Position numbers and translations under genes: made by a program
Shown: positions 1 to 7,252 of the stretch, piece by piece
How the letters are laid out: the number at the start of each line of letters is the position of its first letter
Position numbering within the stretch: position 1 is the first letter of the stretch
Assembly: GCA_029560465.1 (NCBI GenBank)
Contig: JAKQKX010000097.1
Location: 1 to 60,672 of the forward strand
DNA: 60,672 nucleotides
Direction of reading: 5' to 3'
Source: Candidatus Omnitrophota bacterium
Lineage (GTDB): Bacteria > Omnitrophota > Gorgyraeia > Zapsychrales > JANLHA01
The notes under the pieces: generated by a model
Told to the model about the DNA's origin: nothing
Seen by the model: the letters and a program-made list of their open reading frames with translations, nothing else
Database searches by the model: none

Positions 1-1
1 T

Positions 2-580
2 GCCGTTGCTCTTGATTTATCAGCTAACTCAACCGTGCTCGACATCGGGTGCGGAACGGGCGGCCTTTCCGTCTGCCTTGCTCGGAAGTGCAAAAACGTC
101 TACGCCGTGGACATTTCGCAAGCAATGGTCGAGGTCCTAAAGAATAAAGTCGAAGGCCACGGATTAAAGAATGTTGTACCTCGACAAGCTGGTTTTCTGA
201 CGTACCAACACGAAGGGCATGCTCTGGACGCCATCATCGCTAACATCACTCTTCACCATCTACCGGATTTCTGGAAGCAGATAGCCCTTTGTCGGCTCTA
301 CGATCTACTCAAGCCGGGCGGCAAGATGTTTCTTTCCGATGTCGTCTTTGACTTCAACCCCAGGGCCTACCGAGAGACTATTGATGGCTGGCTGGACGGC
401 ATGAGGAAACTCGCAGGCGCGCAAATGGCAGAGGAGACAGTTTCGCACGTTCGTGATGAATTTAGCACTTGGGATTGGGTGATGTCGGGGATGATCGAGC
501 GTGCTGGATTTCAGGTCGATCAAGCTCTTGAGATCGTGCCGCAGATGCGAGCGTACATATGCAGAAAAGCAGAAGAATAG
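2..580 (+). CDS. Class I SAM-dependent methyltransferase (5' truncated by window edge)
   Basis: Frame is open from nt 2. Motif I VLDIGCGTGG is present, with LKPGG later. Stop TAG at 578-580. Confidence 0.8.
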   Translation, partial: AVALDLSANSTVLDIGCGTGGLSVCLARKCKNVYAVDISQAMVEVLKNKVEGHGLKNVVPRQAGFLTYQHEGHALDAIIANITLHHLPDFWKQIALCRLYDLLKPGGKMFLSDVVFDFNPRAYRETIDGWLDGMRKLAGAQMAEETVSHVRDEFSTWDWVMSGMIERAGFQVDQALEIVPQMRAYICRKAEE

Positions 581-583
581 GAC

Positions 584-643
584 ACACAACAAGCCGGATG
601 CACGCGACAGCTTATAGCCGCCGGTGATGCGCCGGCGTTATAG
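584..643 (+). other. attC-like site A (R'' ACACAAC 584-590, R' GTTATAG 637-643)
   Basis: Arms AAC-aa-GCCGG-at-GCAC and GTGATGC-GCCGGC-GTT form an imperfect inverted repeat with bulged bases. The SD of the next ORF overlaps R'. Confidence 0.5.
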
Positions 644-654
644 GAGAAATTGAA

Positions 655-1011
655 ATGATTGTTTTATTAGCATTCGCCCTGTTGATAATTGCTGGCTCGA
701 CTATACCGGCAATAAAATTGACAAAAAAATATAAAACCATGTCGACATGGGATTGCATTTACCCCTATATCGGAATACCTCTTTGGCTTGTGCTTTCATC
801 CATGCTAAAAATCGGCCAGACTGCCACTTTATCGAATTTCGTGATCGAAAATTTCTGGATAACAGTCATTTCAATGGCTACGCCGTGGATTACTTTATTT
901 ATGCATAAAACTGGAAATAAATCAGCTGTATTAATAGCGCACGGTTTAACATTATTGCCCGTTATTTTTACAGTTGTATTAAGATTGCTGATGCAAAGTC
1001 TGCCGGAATAA
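655..1011 (+). CDS. Hypothetical small membrane protein (cassette ORF)
   Basis: SD AGGAG lies upstream. 118 aa with several hydrophobic helices. AT-rich relative to its neighbours. No family recognised. Confidence 0.55.
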   Translation: MIVLLAFALLIIAGSTIPAIKLTKKYKTMSTWDCIYPYIGIPLWLVLSSMLKIGQTATLSNFVIENFWITVISMATPWITLFMHKTGNKSAVLIAHGLTLLPVIFTVVLRLLMQSLPE

Positions 1012-1015
1012 AAGC

Positions 1016-1070
1016 CTATACCCAGCGAATCCAGCGGACGCTGACGCGCCGCTCAACTTTTTCGTTAGAC
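1016..1070 (+). other. attC-like site B (R'' CTATACC 1016-1022, R' GTTAGAC 1064-1070)
   Basis: R'' is complementary, with 1 mismatch, to the cassette-start TTATAG at 638-643. The inner stem is CAGCGGACG / CGCCGCT. Confidence 0.55.
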
Positions 1071-1086
1071 TTGGAATGGAGTTGAT

Positions 1087-1401
1087 ATGACAGTCCAATA
1101 CAAAGCTGAATTTGATAAGCTTGAATGGGAGTCCCCTATAACGGGAGTCAGGCACAAGTATATTGACCAAAATAATTTGCGTATTCGTCTTGTTGAATAC
1201 TCGAAGGAGATGCCGCTCCATTGGTGTGAAAAGGGGCATTATGGCTATCTCATCAAGGGACAATTGGAAATTGAATATGAAAATGAAAAGATAGTTTATA
1301 AATCAGGTGATGGGATCTTCATTCCTGATGGCTCCGATCACAAGCATAGAGGAAAAACTCTTACAGAAAAAGTGTTGGTTTTCTTTATTGAGAAAGTCTA
1401 A
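1087..1401 (+). CDS. Cupin domain protein (cassette ORF)
   Basis: 104 aa with a single cupin-like segment, GDGIFIPDGSDHKHRG. The stop codon is embedded in the R'' box GTCTAAC. Confidence 0.65.
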   Translation: MTVQYKAEFDKLEWESPITGVRHKYIDQNNLRIRLVEYSKEMPLHWCEKGHYGYLIKGQLEIEYENEKIVYKSGDGIFIPDGSDHKHRGKTLTEKVLVFFIEKV

Positions 1402-1452
1402 CCCGCCACTCCAGCCGACCGGCTTCGCCGGCGGTTGAGCAGCACGTTCGGC
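1396..1452 (+). other. attC-like site C (R'' GTCTAAC 1396-1402, R' GTTCGGC 1446-1452)
   Basis: R'' fits RYYYAAC perfectly and is the exact complement of cassette-start TTAGAC. The inner stem is CTCCAGCCGACCGGC / GCCGGCGGTTGAG. The CAGCAC spacer before R' is shared with site D. Confidence 0.65.
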
Positions 1453-1482
1453 GGGAATCTAAAAAATAATAAGGAGAATTTG

Positions 1483-1980
1483 ATGAAATGTTTTCGCTGT
1501 TCAAAAATAATTGATCTGCCGGGTGATGCCGGCTTGACCTGGAAACTCGTGGTCGCAAATAATACCTACCATTCCAGTCAGACGGTTCATCCTTCAATTT
1601 CTTATTCAAGCACGTTTACCTTTGATCAATACCTTAAGATAGCGCACGAGGAGGTTGTTTTATGTGCTGATTGTCTTAATAAAAGAAGAAAATTGCAGCG
1701 TAATTGTATTATTATTGGAGTAGCCCTGTTTCTCCCTTTTCTCATTACCGTCATTGTCATGGCCGGGAAACAGGTTGATACCTTCGCTAAAGTGGCTTTG
1801 ACTTTTGGAGTTATCGGCCTTCTGACAGCAATAATCGGGGGAATGTCTTTTGATGAGAGTGAATTTAACGGGATGGCTAATAACTATATTATAAATCGTT
1901 ATGTTGCTATGGGGCATTCCAATGTTGTGCTGTTTTCAGAATCGCGCTGGGAAGAGATGGTAAAAAAGAACGGCGGTTAG
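1483..1980 (+). CDS. Hypothetical zinc-ribbon-like membrane protein (cassette ORF)
   Basis: ATG is preceded by SD AAGGAG. CFRC and CADC cysteine pairs are followed by two hydrophobic helices. The upstream in-frame start at 1435 lies inside the attC-like site and is not used. Confidence 0.55.
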   Translation: MKCFRCSKIIDLPGDAGLTWKLVVANNTYHSSQTVHPSISYSSTFTFDQYLKIAHEEVVLCADCLNKRRKLQRNCIIIGVALFLPFLITVIVMAGKQVDTFAKVALTFGVIGLLTAIIGGMSFDESEFNGMANNYIINRYVAMGHSNVVLFSESRWEEMVKKNGG

Positions 1981-1991
1981 TAAAATAAAAA

Positions 1992-2059
1992 TTTTAACAA
2001 TTTCATCCACCCGGCCCTTCCCGCGCTTAGTCAGGGCGGGTGATGTCAGCACGTTAGGC
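1992..2059 (+). other. attC-like site D (R'' TTTTAAC 1992-1998, R' GTTAGGC 2053-2059)
   Basis: Stem CATCCACCCGGCCC / GGGCGGGTGATG leaves two unpaired bases on one side. A 5-7 nt unpaired spacer separates it from both R boxes. R' fits GTTRRRY. Confidence 0.65.
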
Positions 2060-2085
2060 GGCTGGAACAGAGAGGTTATCGAGAC

Positions 2086-2637
2086 TTGACCGAGATCATC
2101 CGGACATCGCGGCTTGATTTGGTGCCGGCAACGGTTGCGCTGCTTTCAGCGGAACTCGAGTCGATCAATGGGTTTGGTTCGCTTCTCGGCGCAGAGGTTC
2201 CCGAAGGGTGGCCACCCGGCCAGTACGACCGGGGAGCAATCACGTTCTTCCGGGACCGATTGAATGAAGATCCGCAGGCCTCAGGATGGTATGGTTGGTA
2301 TGCTCTATTGCGTGCGGATGGGAAACGAGGCCGGAGTCTTGTGGGGGCGGGAGGATACTTTGGCCCACCGAATCCCAATGGCGTGATTGAAATCGGATAT
2401 TCGATTGTTCCTTCCTGCGAGGGGCGGGGATACGCTACGGAGCTTGTACGAGCACTCGTGGGACACGGTTTTGCGGATAGCCGGGTTCAACGAATCGTTG
2501 CGCATACGACGCAAGACAACCCTGGCTCGATCAGGGTATTAGAGCGTGCGGGATTCCTATGCAAAGGCCCAGGTCAAGACCCCGGCCTCCTCGAGTATTC
2601 GGTCGATCGTCCAGCCGCCATCCGTTATGAGATGTGA
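2086..2637 (+). CDS. GNAT family N-acetyltransferase (RimJ/RimL-like)
   Basis: TTG start. N-terminal IRTSRLDLVP and acetyl-CoA motif region EGRGYATELVRALVGHGF. Visibly GC-richer than the flanking cassette DNA. Confidence 0.8.
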   Translation: MTEIIRTSRLDLVPATVALLSAELESINGFGSLLGAEVPEGWPPGQYDRGAITFFRDRLNEDPQASGWYGWYALLRADGKRGRSLVGAGGYFGPPNPNGVIEIGYSIVPSCEGRGYATELVRALVGHGFADSRVQRIVAHTTQDNPGSIRVLERAGFLCKGPGQDPGLLEYSVDRPAAIRYEM

Positions 2638-2649
2638 AAAAGGAATAAA

Positions 2650-2838
2650 ATGTACGCCTTGATTTTAAACTGGGATTTATCGCAAAAACCAAAAGAAATA
2701 TTCCAGACATTGCGGGAATATATAAAAAACGAATCCTGGAAAAGGTATGAAAATAAACCGGGATTAGTCCAGAAAACATGGTATTCCAACCAGGAAACCG
2801 GACAAAACCTGCGGTCTTGCCGGTTATCTTTATGTTAG
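2650..2838 (+). pseudogene. Possible decayed YdhR-like (small monooxygenase-like) gene fragment
   Basis: The 62-aa ORF contains KPGLVQKTWYSNQETG, which resembles my recollection of the YdhR core. A +1 frame continues as GLAGYLYV, resembling the next conserved block, then terminates. The ORF is too short for the family. Weak call from memory. Confidence 0.25.
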
Positions 2839-2856
2839 CCATAAACAAGGGAAAAA

Positions 2857-3702
2857 ATGCCTCCGTTAGATACAGTGAGTAAAGCATATCGAGTGCCGTT
2901 CAGTTCTTTTATTCCATTTCTGCTGATTTCGTTCGGCTTGGCTTGGGGGATTCTTGGTTTATACATTTTTTTCCCGGAAAAAATGGTGTCGGGGTTTGGT
3001 CAGATCACCGGCAACCATCCACTCTTTTTTCTGGCGGTGTACGCGCCTGCCATCGCGGCGTTCATTCTTGTTGCCCGCACCGTTGGCCTTGCCGGCCTAC
3101 GGCGCTTCCTCGCCCGAGCTTTGCTCTGGCGCTGCGGCGCGGGCTGGTATGCCTTTCTGATCATTGGCATTCCGTTGATCTTCATTGGCGGTTCCGCGCT
3201 TAGAGGGAACCTTTTTTCGGAACCGTTTCCCTTTGCGTCCTTTCAGACTCTGCTCGTGGCGTTAGTCCTTGCCGCCATCAAAGGCCCGATCGAGGAGTTC
3301 GGCTGGCGTGGTTTCGCGCTTCCTCTTCTGCAAAGGAAGTTCGCCCCGATCTGGGCCGGGCTGATTCTTGGTGTCATATGGGGGGTGTGGCATCTTCCAG
3401 CGTTTCTGTTGAGCGGAACCCAGCAGAGCGAGTGGTCGTTCACTGCGTTCTTTGCTGGATGCTTAGCGATAAGCGTTATCGTGACGGCACTGTTCAATAG
3501 GTCATATGGCAGCATTCTGCTGTCGGCAGTTTTTCATTTCCAGTTGATGAACCCGATCTTTCCCGATGCCCAACCCTACGACACGTACCTGTTAATCATC
3601 GTCGCCAGCCTAATCGTCTGGTTGAACCGCAAGGATATGTTTACAAAGGACGGGGCAGTTGTGGACGTCGTTCCGAACCAGAGGAAAGTGACCGGTGGCT
3701 AA
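2857..3702 (+). CDS. CPBP family intramembrane glutamic endopeptidase (CAAX protease/Abi-like)
   Basis: Polytopic. Motifs EEFGWRG (EExxxR), GVWHLP (FxxxH-type) and AVFHFQLMN (HxxxN). Confidence 0.85.
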   Translation: MPPLDTVSKAYRVPFSSFIPFLLISFGLAWGILGLYIFFPEKMVSGFGQITGNHPLFFLAVYAPAIAAFILVARTVGLAGLRRFLARALLWRCGAGWYAFLIIGIPLIFIGGSALRGNLFSEPFPFASFQTLLVALVLAAIKGPIEEFGWRGFALPLLQRKFAPIWAGLILGVIWGVWHLPAFLLSGTQQSEWSFTAFFAGCLAISVIVTALFNRSYGSILLSAVFHFQLMNPIFPDAQPYDTYLLIIVASLIVWLNRKDMFTKDGAVVDVVPNQRKVTGG

Positions 3703-3768
3703 CCATGTCATGCACTCGGAGGGGAATTCCGCTTCGCTCCATTCCCTCCGGTGATGGCCACGGTGGAC
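3697..3768 (+). other. attC-like site F with degenerate R' (R'' GGCTAAC 3697-3703, R' GGTGGAC 3762-3768)
   Basis: The long imperfect stem CATGTCATGCACTCGGAGGGGAAT / ATTCCCTCCGGTGATGGCCACG has bulges. R'' is complementary, with 1 mismatch, to cassette-start TTAGGC at 2054-2059. R' reads GGT instead of GTT. Confidence 0.5.
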
Positions 3769-4107
3769 CATTATCCCCCTCAATGGGAACCCCCTTCAGG
3801 AGCTGGACCCTTCCGAAGAAATTGAATTCCTGCTTGTTCCCAAAAACGGCATCAAATCTTTCCTCCTGTGCGAGAAAGAAAACGGCACCCACATCGCCGC
3901 CGGCGTGTGGTATGTTTTCTGCCTGGGCGCGTGAGTTTCTTCAGCTTCCCAAAGACTGACTTTGTGATTTGATACAGGAAATAAACTAAAAACTCTTGAT
4001 ATACGAAGTTCCGTATAAGTGATATTACAGGGCAAATGGATACCATTTTATAAAAAACAGGGCTATAATAATGGAAAAACAGCGTAAAATTGGATTATTC
4101 TAATGGT

Positions 4108-4158
4108 AAGCAACAAAATTAACCAGGGAATGGATAAGTCGTTAAAGAATTGTTAGCG
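4108..4158 (+). other. attC-like site F2 (R'' AAGCAAC 4108-4114, R' GTTAGCG 4152-4158)
   Basis: Short nested palindrome: GCAACAA..TTAAC / GTTAA..TTGTTAGC. R' and its flank are the exact 10-nt complement of the R'' region at 4969-4978. Confidence 0.5.
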
Positions 4159-4163
4159 ATGAA

Positions 4164-4967
4164 TTGAGAAATGAAATGACGAAAAGATATTCAAATACTG
4201 GGAAATTAAATGAACATCCTTTTGTAAAAGATATTCTACGAGATGCTATGAAGGTTTCAATGGCACTTCAAGTTAAGGGTACAGTTTTCAAAGTAGATGC
4301 AAAATACAAGCGTGACCCAACATCAGCTGAATTCTATTGCATCGGCACAGGAAGTTCTATTGCCCATTTAATGGGGATTTGCCAACAAATGGAACATTCT
4401 GTTCTATATTTTTCATCTTTTACTCCAACAAAAAAAATGAAAGAGGCTGGGATAACAAGACATAGTCATTTGCTATATTGTATTGAGAATTATATCATAC
4501 GCACTCAATCAATGTACGATCGAGTCCTTAGGTTAGTAGATAAAGTTTTTTATTTATATAATCCAACCCACCTAATTTCTCATGAATTAATAATAAGTAA
4601 TTCACACATTCTCAATTCTGATATTCCATCAAAATTAAAAGCCATTAGGAAATGTATTAAGGATTATTACAGAGATAGAAATGAGATTATGCATGAGAGG
4701 CAATATCTCGAAAGTGATCTTCGTAGACTGGAAGGTTATACAATATTATTAGATAAAGAACCTTTTAAAAATGATAAATACTTTATGATGGATGTTAAAG
4801 ACATGACGAGAGAAATTATTAAGGGTAAAACTAATACTTTTACATCTGTTAATAAAAATGTCCTTAATGCAATTGCAGATCTATTTGATGCTTTGTTTAA
4901 AAAATATCAATCTCAACTTAAAATTCTTGAAGCAATTTACGGTAAGATGGAAATGGTAACCCAATAA
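4164..4967 (+). CDS. Hypothetical protein with HEPN-like Rx4-6H motif (cassette ORF)
   Basis: Very AT-rich and predicted all-helical. Motif YYRDRNEIMHERQY lies in the C-terminal half. The true start may be the ATG at 4176. Confidence 0.45.
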   Translation: MRNEMTKRYSNTGKLNEHPFVKDILRDAMKVSMALQVKGTVFKVDAKYKRDPTSAEFYCIGTGSSIAHLMGICQQMEHSVLYFSSFTPTKKMKEAGITRHSHLLYCIENYIIRTQSMYDRVLRLVDKVFYLYNPTHLISHELIISNSHILNSDIPSKLKAIRKCIKDYYRDRNEIMHERQYLESDLRRLEGYTILLDKEPFKNDKYFMMDVKDMTREIIKGKTNTFTSVNKNVLNAIADLFDALFKKYQSQLKILEAIYGKMEMVTQ

Positions 4968-4969
4968 TT

Positions 4970-5034
4970 CGCTAACAAAATGCTCTACCCGACTGGCGAA
5001 AAAACCCGCCAGCCGGTAAGCATCGGCGATAAGG
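4970..5034 (+). other. attC-like site G with non-canonical R' (R'' CGCTAAC 4970-4976, R' GATAAGG 5028-5034)
   Basis: Stem ATGCTCTACCCGACTGGCG / CGCCAGCCGGTAAGCAT with bulges. R'' is the exact complement of GTTAGCG at 4152-4158. Confidence 0.6.
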
Positions 5035-5044
5035 AGAAATAAAT

Positions 5045-5377
5045 ATGGATGATATTATCGCAGTGGCGGTAATACTAAAAAATAAGAAGAGACAGTACTT
5101 TTTAACTTGGGGGCGAATTCAGGACAATATTGATTCATCTGAAGTTGAGAAGCTGGTTTTGGAATATAGCAAAATTTGTGAATTGGGATCAGAACCGATG
5201 AAGGCGCAAATATGCAGAACCTTACAAGAGGCTAAAAAAGCGCCATATTTCTATGAATATTTTTTTGTTATGGCGCAGAAAACAATTCCTTACGGGAAGA
5301 CATATGAAAAGTGGCGAGAAAAGATGAATAAGAAAATGAAAAACGGAAAAGAAATATATTATCTTGGAAAACAATAG
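5045..5377 (+). CDS. Hypothetical protein (cassette ORF)
   Basis: SD AAGGAG. 110 aa, AT-rich, with a lysine-rich C-terminus. No family recognised. Confidence 0.5.
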   Translation: MDDIIAVAVILKNKKRQYFLTWGRIQDNIDSSEVEKLVLEYSKICELGSEPMKAQICRTLQEAKKAPYFYEYFFVMAQKTIPYGKTYEKWREKMNKKMKNGKEIYYLGKQ

Positions 5378-5448
5378 CCTTATATCAAGTCACTACAGCG
5401 GACGACGCTTCGCCACCTGCGGCGGCTCGCGCCGCCGCTGAGTTCCGA
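5378..5448 (+). other. attC-like site H (R'' CCTTATA 5378-5384, R' GTTCCGA 5442-5448)
   Basis: CCTTAT is the exact complement of cassette-start ATAAGG at 5029-5034. The inner stem CAGCGGACG / CGCCGCTG is shared with sites B and I. Confidence 0.5.
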
Positions 5449-5559
5449 GGGACAGGGTATCGAGGTGGTTTGATTCATAAGCGAATTAGGTGCATGTCGC
5501 CGGAATTATTACGGAGTTCGGATTACGGGATGTGTTTAAAAATTTTGAGGTAAAAATTT

Positions 5560-6084
5560 ATGAAAAACCTTTTTGAATCTTCTTTCTCCTGGCTTCTTTC
5601 TGATTACTCCAACCATAACTTTTTCTGTGAACGGGATATTGTCTGGACTTTGCAAAAGTACATTCTTGGGGAAATAAAGGATAAGCAATTGCCGTTCAGC
5701 CTTTTTAATGAATGGCCGATGGAGCCGAAAAAACAATATGCCGACCTGGTGATCGGCGCGAAAACCAGTGTAGAGCAGTTTAAGCCGGAAGAGATACTTG
5801 AAGTCAAATATGAACCTGACCGAAACCGCAAAATATTTTTGAAGACAAAATTTCCGGTAGTGAGTTTAAAAGAATTCAAGAAGGATATTGACAGAGTTAG
5901 TGATTTTGTTCGAAAGGGAACAGTCGAGGCCGGTTATTGTTTGTTTGTGGATGAGGGCGGATATTATAAAGAGGATCATGCCGCGCTTAAGGATGCTGAG
6001 CGTGTTTCTTCGGATAATAACGGCCCGGTATTTTATTTGTTCAAGTTTAGATCCGGTGCCACAAACGCGGACGCTGCACCCTGA
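5560..6084 (+). CDS. Hypothetical protein, possible PD-(D/E)xK nuclease fold (cassette ORF)
   Basis: SD GAGG. The ordered motif candidates CERD, YADLVIG and LEVKYE match an E...D...ExK arrangement. Short-motif inference only. Confidence 0.4.
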   Translation: MKNLFESSFSWLLSDYSNHNFFCERDIVWTLQKYILGEIKDKQLPFSLFNEWPMEPKKQYADLVIGAKTSVEQFKPEEILEVKYEPDRNRKIFLKTKFPVVSLKEFKKDIDRVSDFVRKGTVEAGYCLFVDEGGYYKEDHAALKDAERVSSDNNGPVFYLFKFRSGATNADAAP

Positions 6085-6119
6085 CGGATACTTTCACCGT
6101 TTGACTTGGAAAATTATGG

Positions 6120-6159
6120 GGACATAATACTTATTTATTGTGAATTAAGTATTGTGTCC
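6120..6159 (+). terminator. AT-rich 14-bp hairpin followed by CTTTG (possible terminator or extra recombination-site remnant)
   Basis: GGACATAATACTTA / TAAGTATTGTGTCC, with one G-U if transcribed from the + strand, and an approximately 12-nt loop. The U-tract is weak. Confidence 0.3.
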
Positions 6160-6179
6160 TTTGAATTACCTGCTTGAAT

Positions 6180-6244
6180 AAACAACACATAAAATCATTT
6201 CAGTGGACGTTGTTACACGCCGCTACTGAATTCTAATGTTAGGG
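6180..6244 (+). other. attC-like site I (R'' AAACAAC 6180-6186, R' GTTAGGG 6238-6244)
   Basis: Inner stem TTCAGTGGACG / CGCCGCTACTGAA with bulges. It belongs to the same inner-stem family as sites B and H. Confidence 0.5.
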
Positions 6245-6252
6245 CAAGGCAA

Positions 6253-6750
6253 TTGAACGCAATGGTTTCTAGTATGTTGGCTCAAATGAGTCGTACGCGC
6301 ATCTCGAAGGATGACTTCACGGAAGCGTCTGAGTACTTAAACGCAATGCGCGGTCGTCAAGCGGTTGTGGTCAAACGAGCACTTCTCTTTGCTGCCATAG
6401 TTGCCTATGCAAGACCCTTTACGGAAAACGAAGACAAATTGGGGAGGGCAACGACATTCCTAAAGGCTAGCCTATCTAGGATTCTGAATCAATCGGAGCA
6501 AGCTCAGCATGACAAGCTGCTTTCTCTTCGTGACGAGGCGCTTGCCCACTCACAGTTTGATCGAAAACCCATCGTTCGCGTCAGAGGATCGAGTTCGGGC
6601 TTTTTGATGAAAGGCCGGCCATTCGATATTCTTGCCGAGCCAATCAATCTGGAGCTGTTTGGTTCATTGTGTTCAAAAATGGAGCGGCATTGTGTTAATC
6701 AACTCTTTGACCTTAATCGCAAACTCGATGCTCTCAAATCAAAGTCTTAA
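6253..6750 (+). CDS. Hypothetical protein with HEPN-like Rx4-6H motif (cassette ORF)
   Basis: 165 aa and helical. Motif LLSLRDEALAHSQFDR. The ORF-track start is TTG; the ATG at 6262 is an alternative. Confidence 0.45.
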   Translation: MNAMVSSMLAQMSRTRISKDDFTEASEYLNAMRGRQAVVVKRALLFAAIVAYARPFTENEDKLGRATTFLKASLSRILNQSEQAQHDKLLSLRDEALAHSQFDRKPIVRVRGSSSGFLMKGRPFDILAEPINLELFGSLCSKMERHCVNQLFDLNRKLDALKSKS

Positions 6751-6808
6751 CAACAGCTTTGAGAGCGATGCGTAGAAGACAACGCGCGCCTTAATCTGAG
6801 CGTTAGAG
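6745..6808 (+). other. attC-like site J (R'' TCTTAAC 6745-6751, R' GTTAGAG 6802-6808)
   Basis: Imperfect inverted arms flank a short loop. R'' overlaps the stop codon of the preceding ORF. The SD of the next ORF follows R'. Confidence 0.45.
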
Positions 6809-6828
6809 GAGGACAACAAGGAGGAAAA

Positions 6829-7245
6829 ATGGATGCGATTACTTTTAGAGGGATCGAAAGGCTTTTAATAATAATTGGTGCCGTGGTTTACGGTTATTTA
6901 GGTTATCGTTTATACATTAAAGGAATCACAACGGGAGAAGATAATCTGAAGTTTGGATCAAAGGTTGTGAAAATCATTCTTTCTGGCACTAGCCCCGGAT
7001 TATTTTTTATGGCATTCGGTGCAATTGTACTTATCACATCAGTTGTGACCGGTGGTGCTTCTATTAAAGAAGATTTAAAAGAACAAACAATAAGGATGAG
7101 AACTGGCCCAAGCCCATTAGGAGAATTAAACATAAAGATTGAGGACCCACAAGATATAATAAATGCACCTGGCAACGAAACATTACACAAAAAAGTATTA
7201 CAGGATAATCTTATTTATGATAAAAATGAATCTCTAAAAAAGTGA
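6829..7245 (+). CDS. Hypothetical membrane protein (cassette ORF)
   Basis: SD AAGGAGG. Two hydrophobic helices followed by a polar tail. AT-rich. Confidence 0.55.
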   Translation: MDAITFRGIERLLIIIGAVVYGYLGYRLYIKGITTGEDNLKFGSKVVKIILSGTSPGLFFMAFGAIVLITSVVTGGASIKEDLKEQTIRMRTGPSPLGELNIKIEDPQDIINAPGNETLHKKVLQDNLIYDKNESLKK

Positions 7246-7252
7246 AGTACTG

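Noticed and set aside
1435-1482. Upstream in-frame extension of the zinc-ribbon cassette ORF
   Set aside because: The extension would begin inside attC-like site C. The ATG at 1483 has a proper AAGGAG SD.
2943-3515. Several 60-90 aa ORFs in alternative frames and on the opposite strand within the CPBP gene (2943-3203, 2954-3160, 3000-3185, 3243-3515)
   Set aside because: They are nested in a gene with all three CPBP motifs and have Arg/Pro-rich translations with no start context.
4000-4017. TATACGAAGTT followed by CCGTATA, reminiscent of a loxP arm, with a 6-bp inverted repeat TATACG/CGTATA
   Set aside because: This is only an 11-nt partial match to one arm, with no second arm or 8-bp spacer organisation. 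Such a match is expected by chance in AT-rich DNA.
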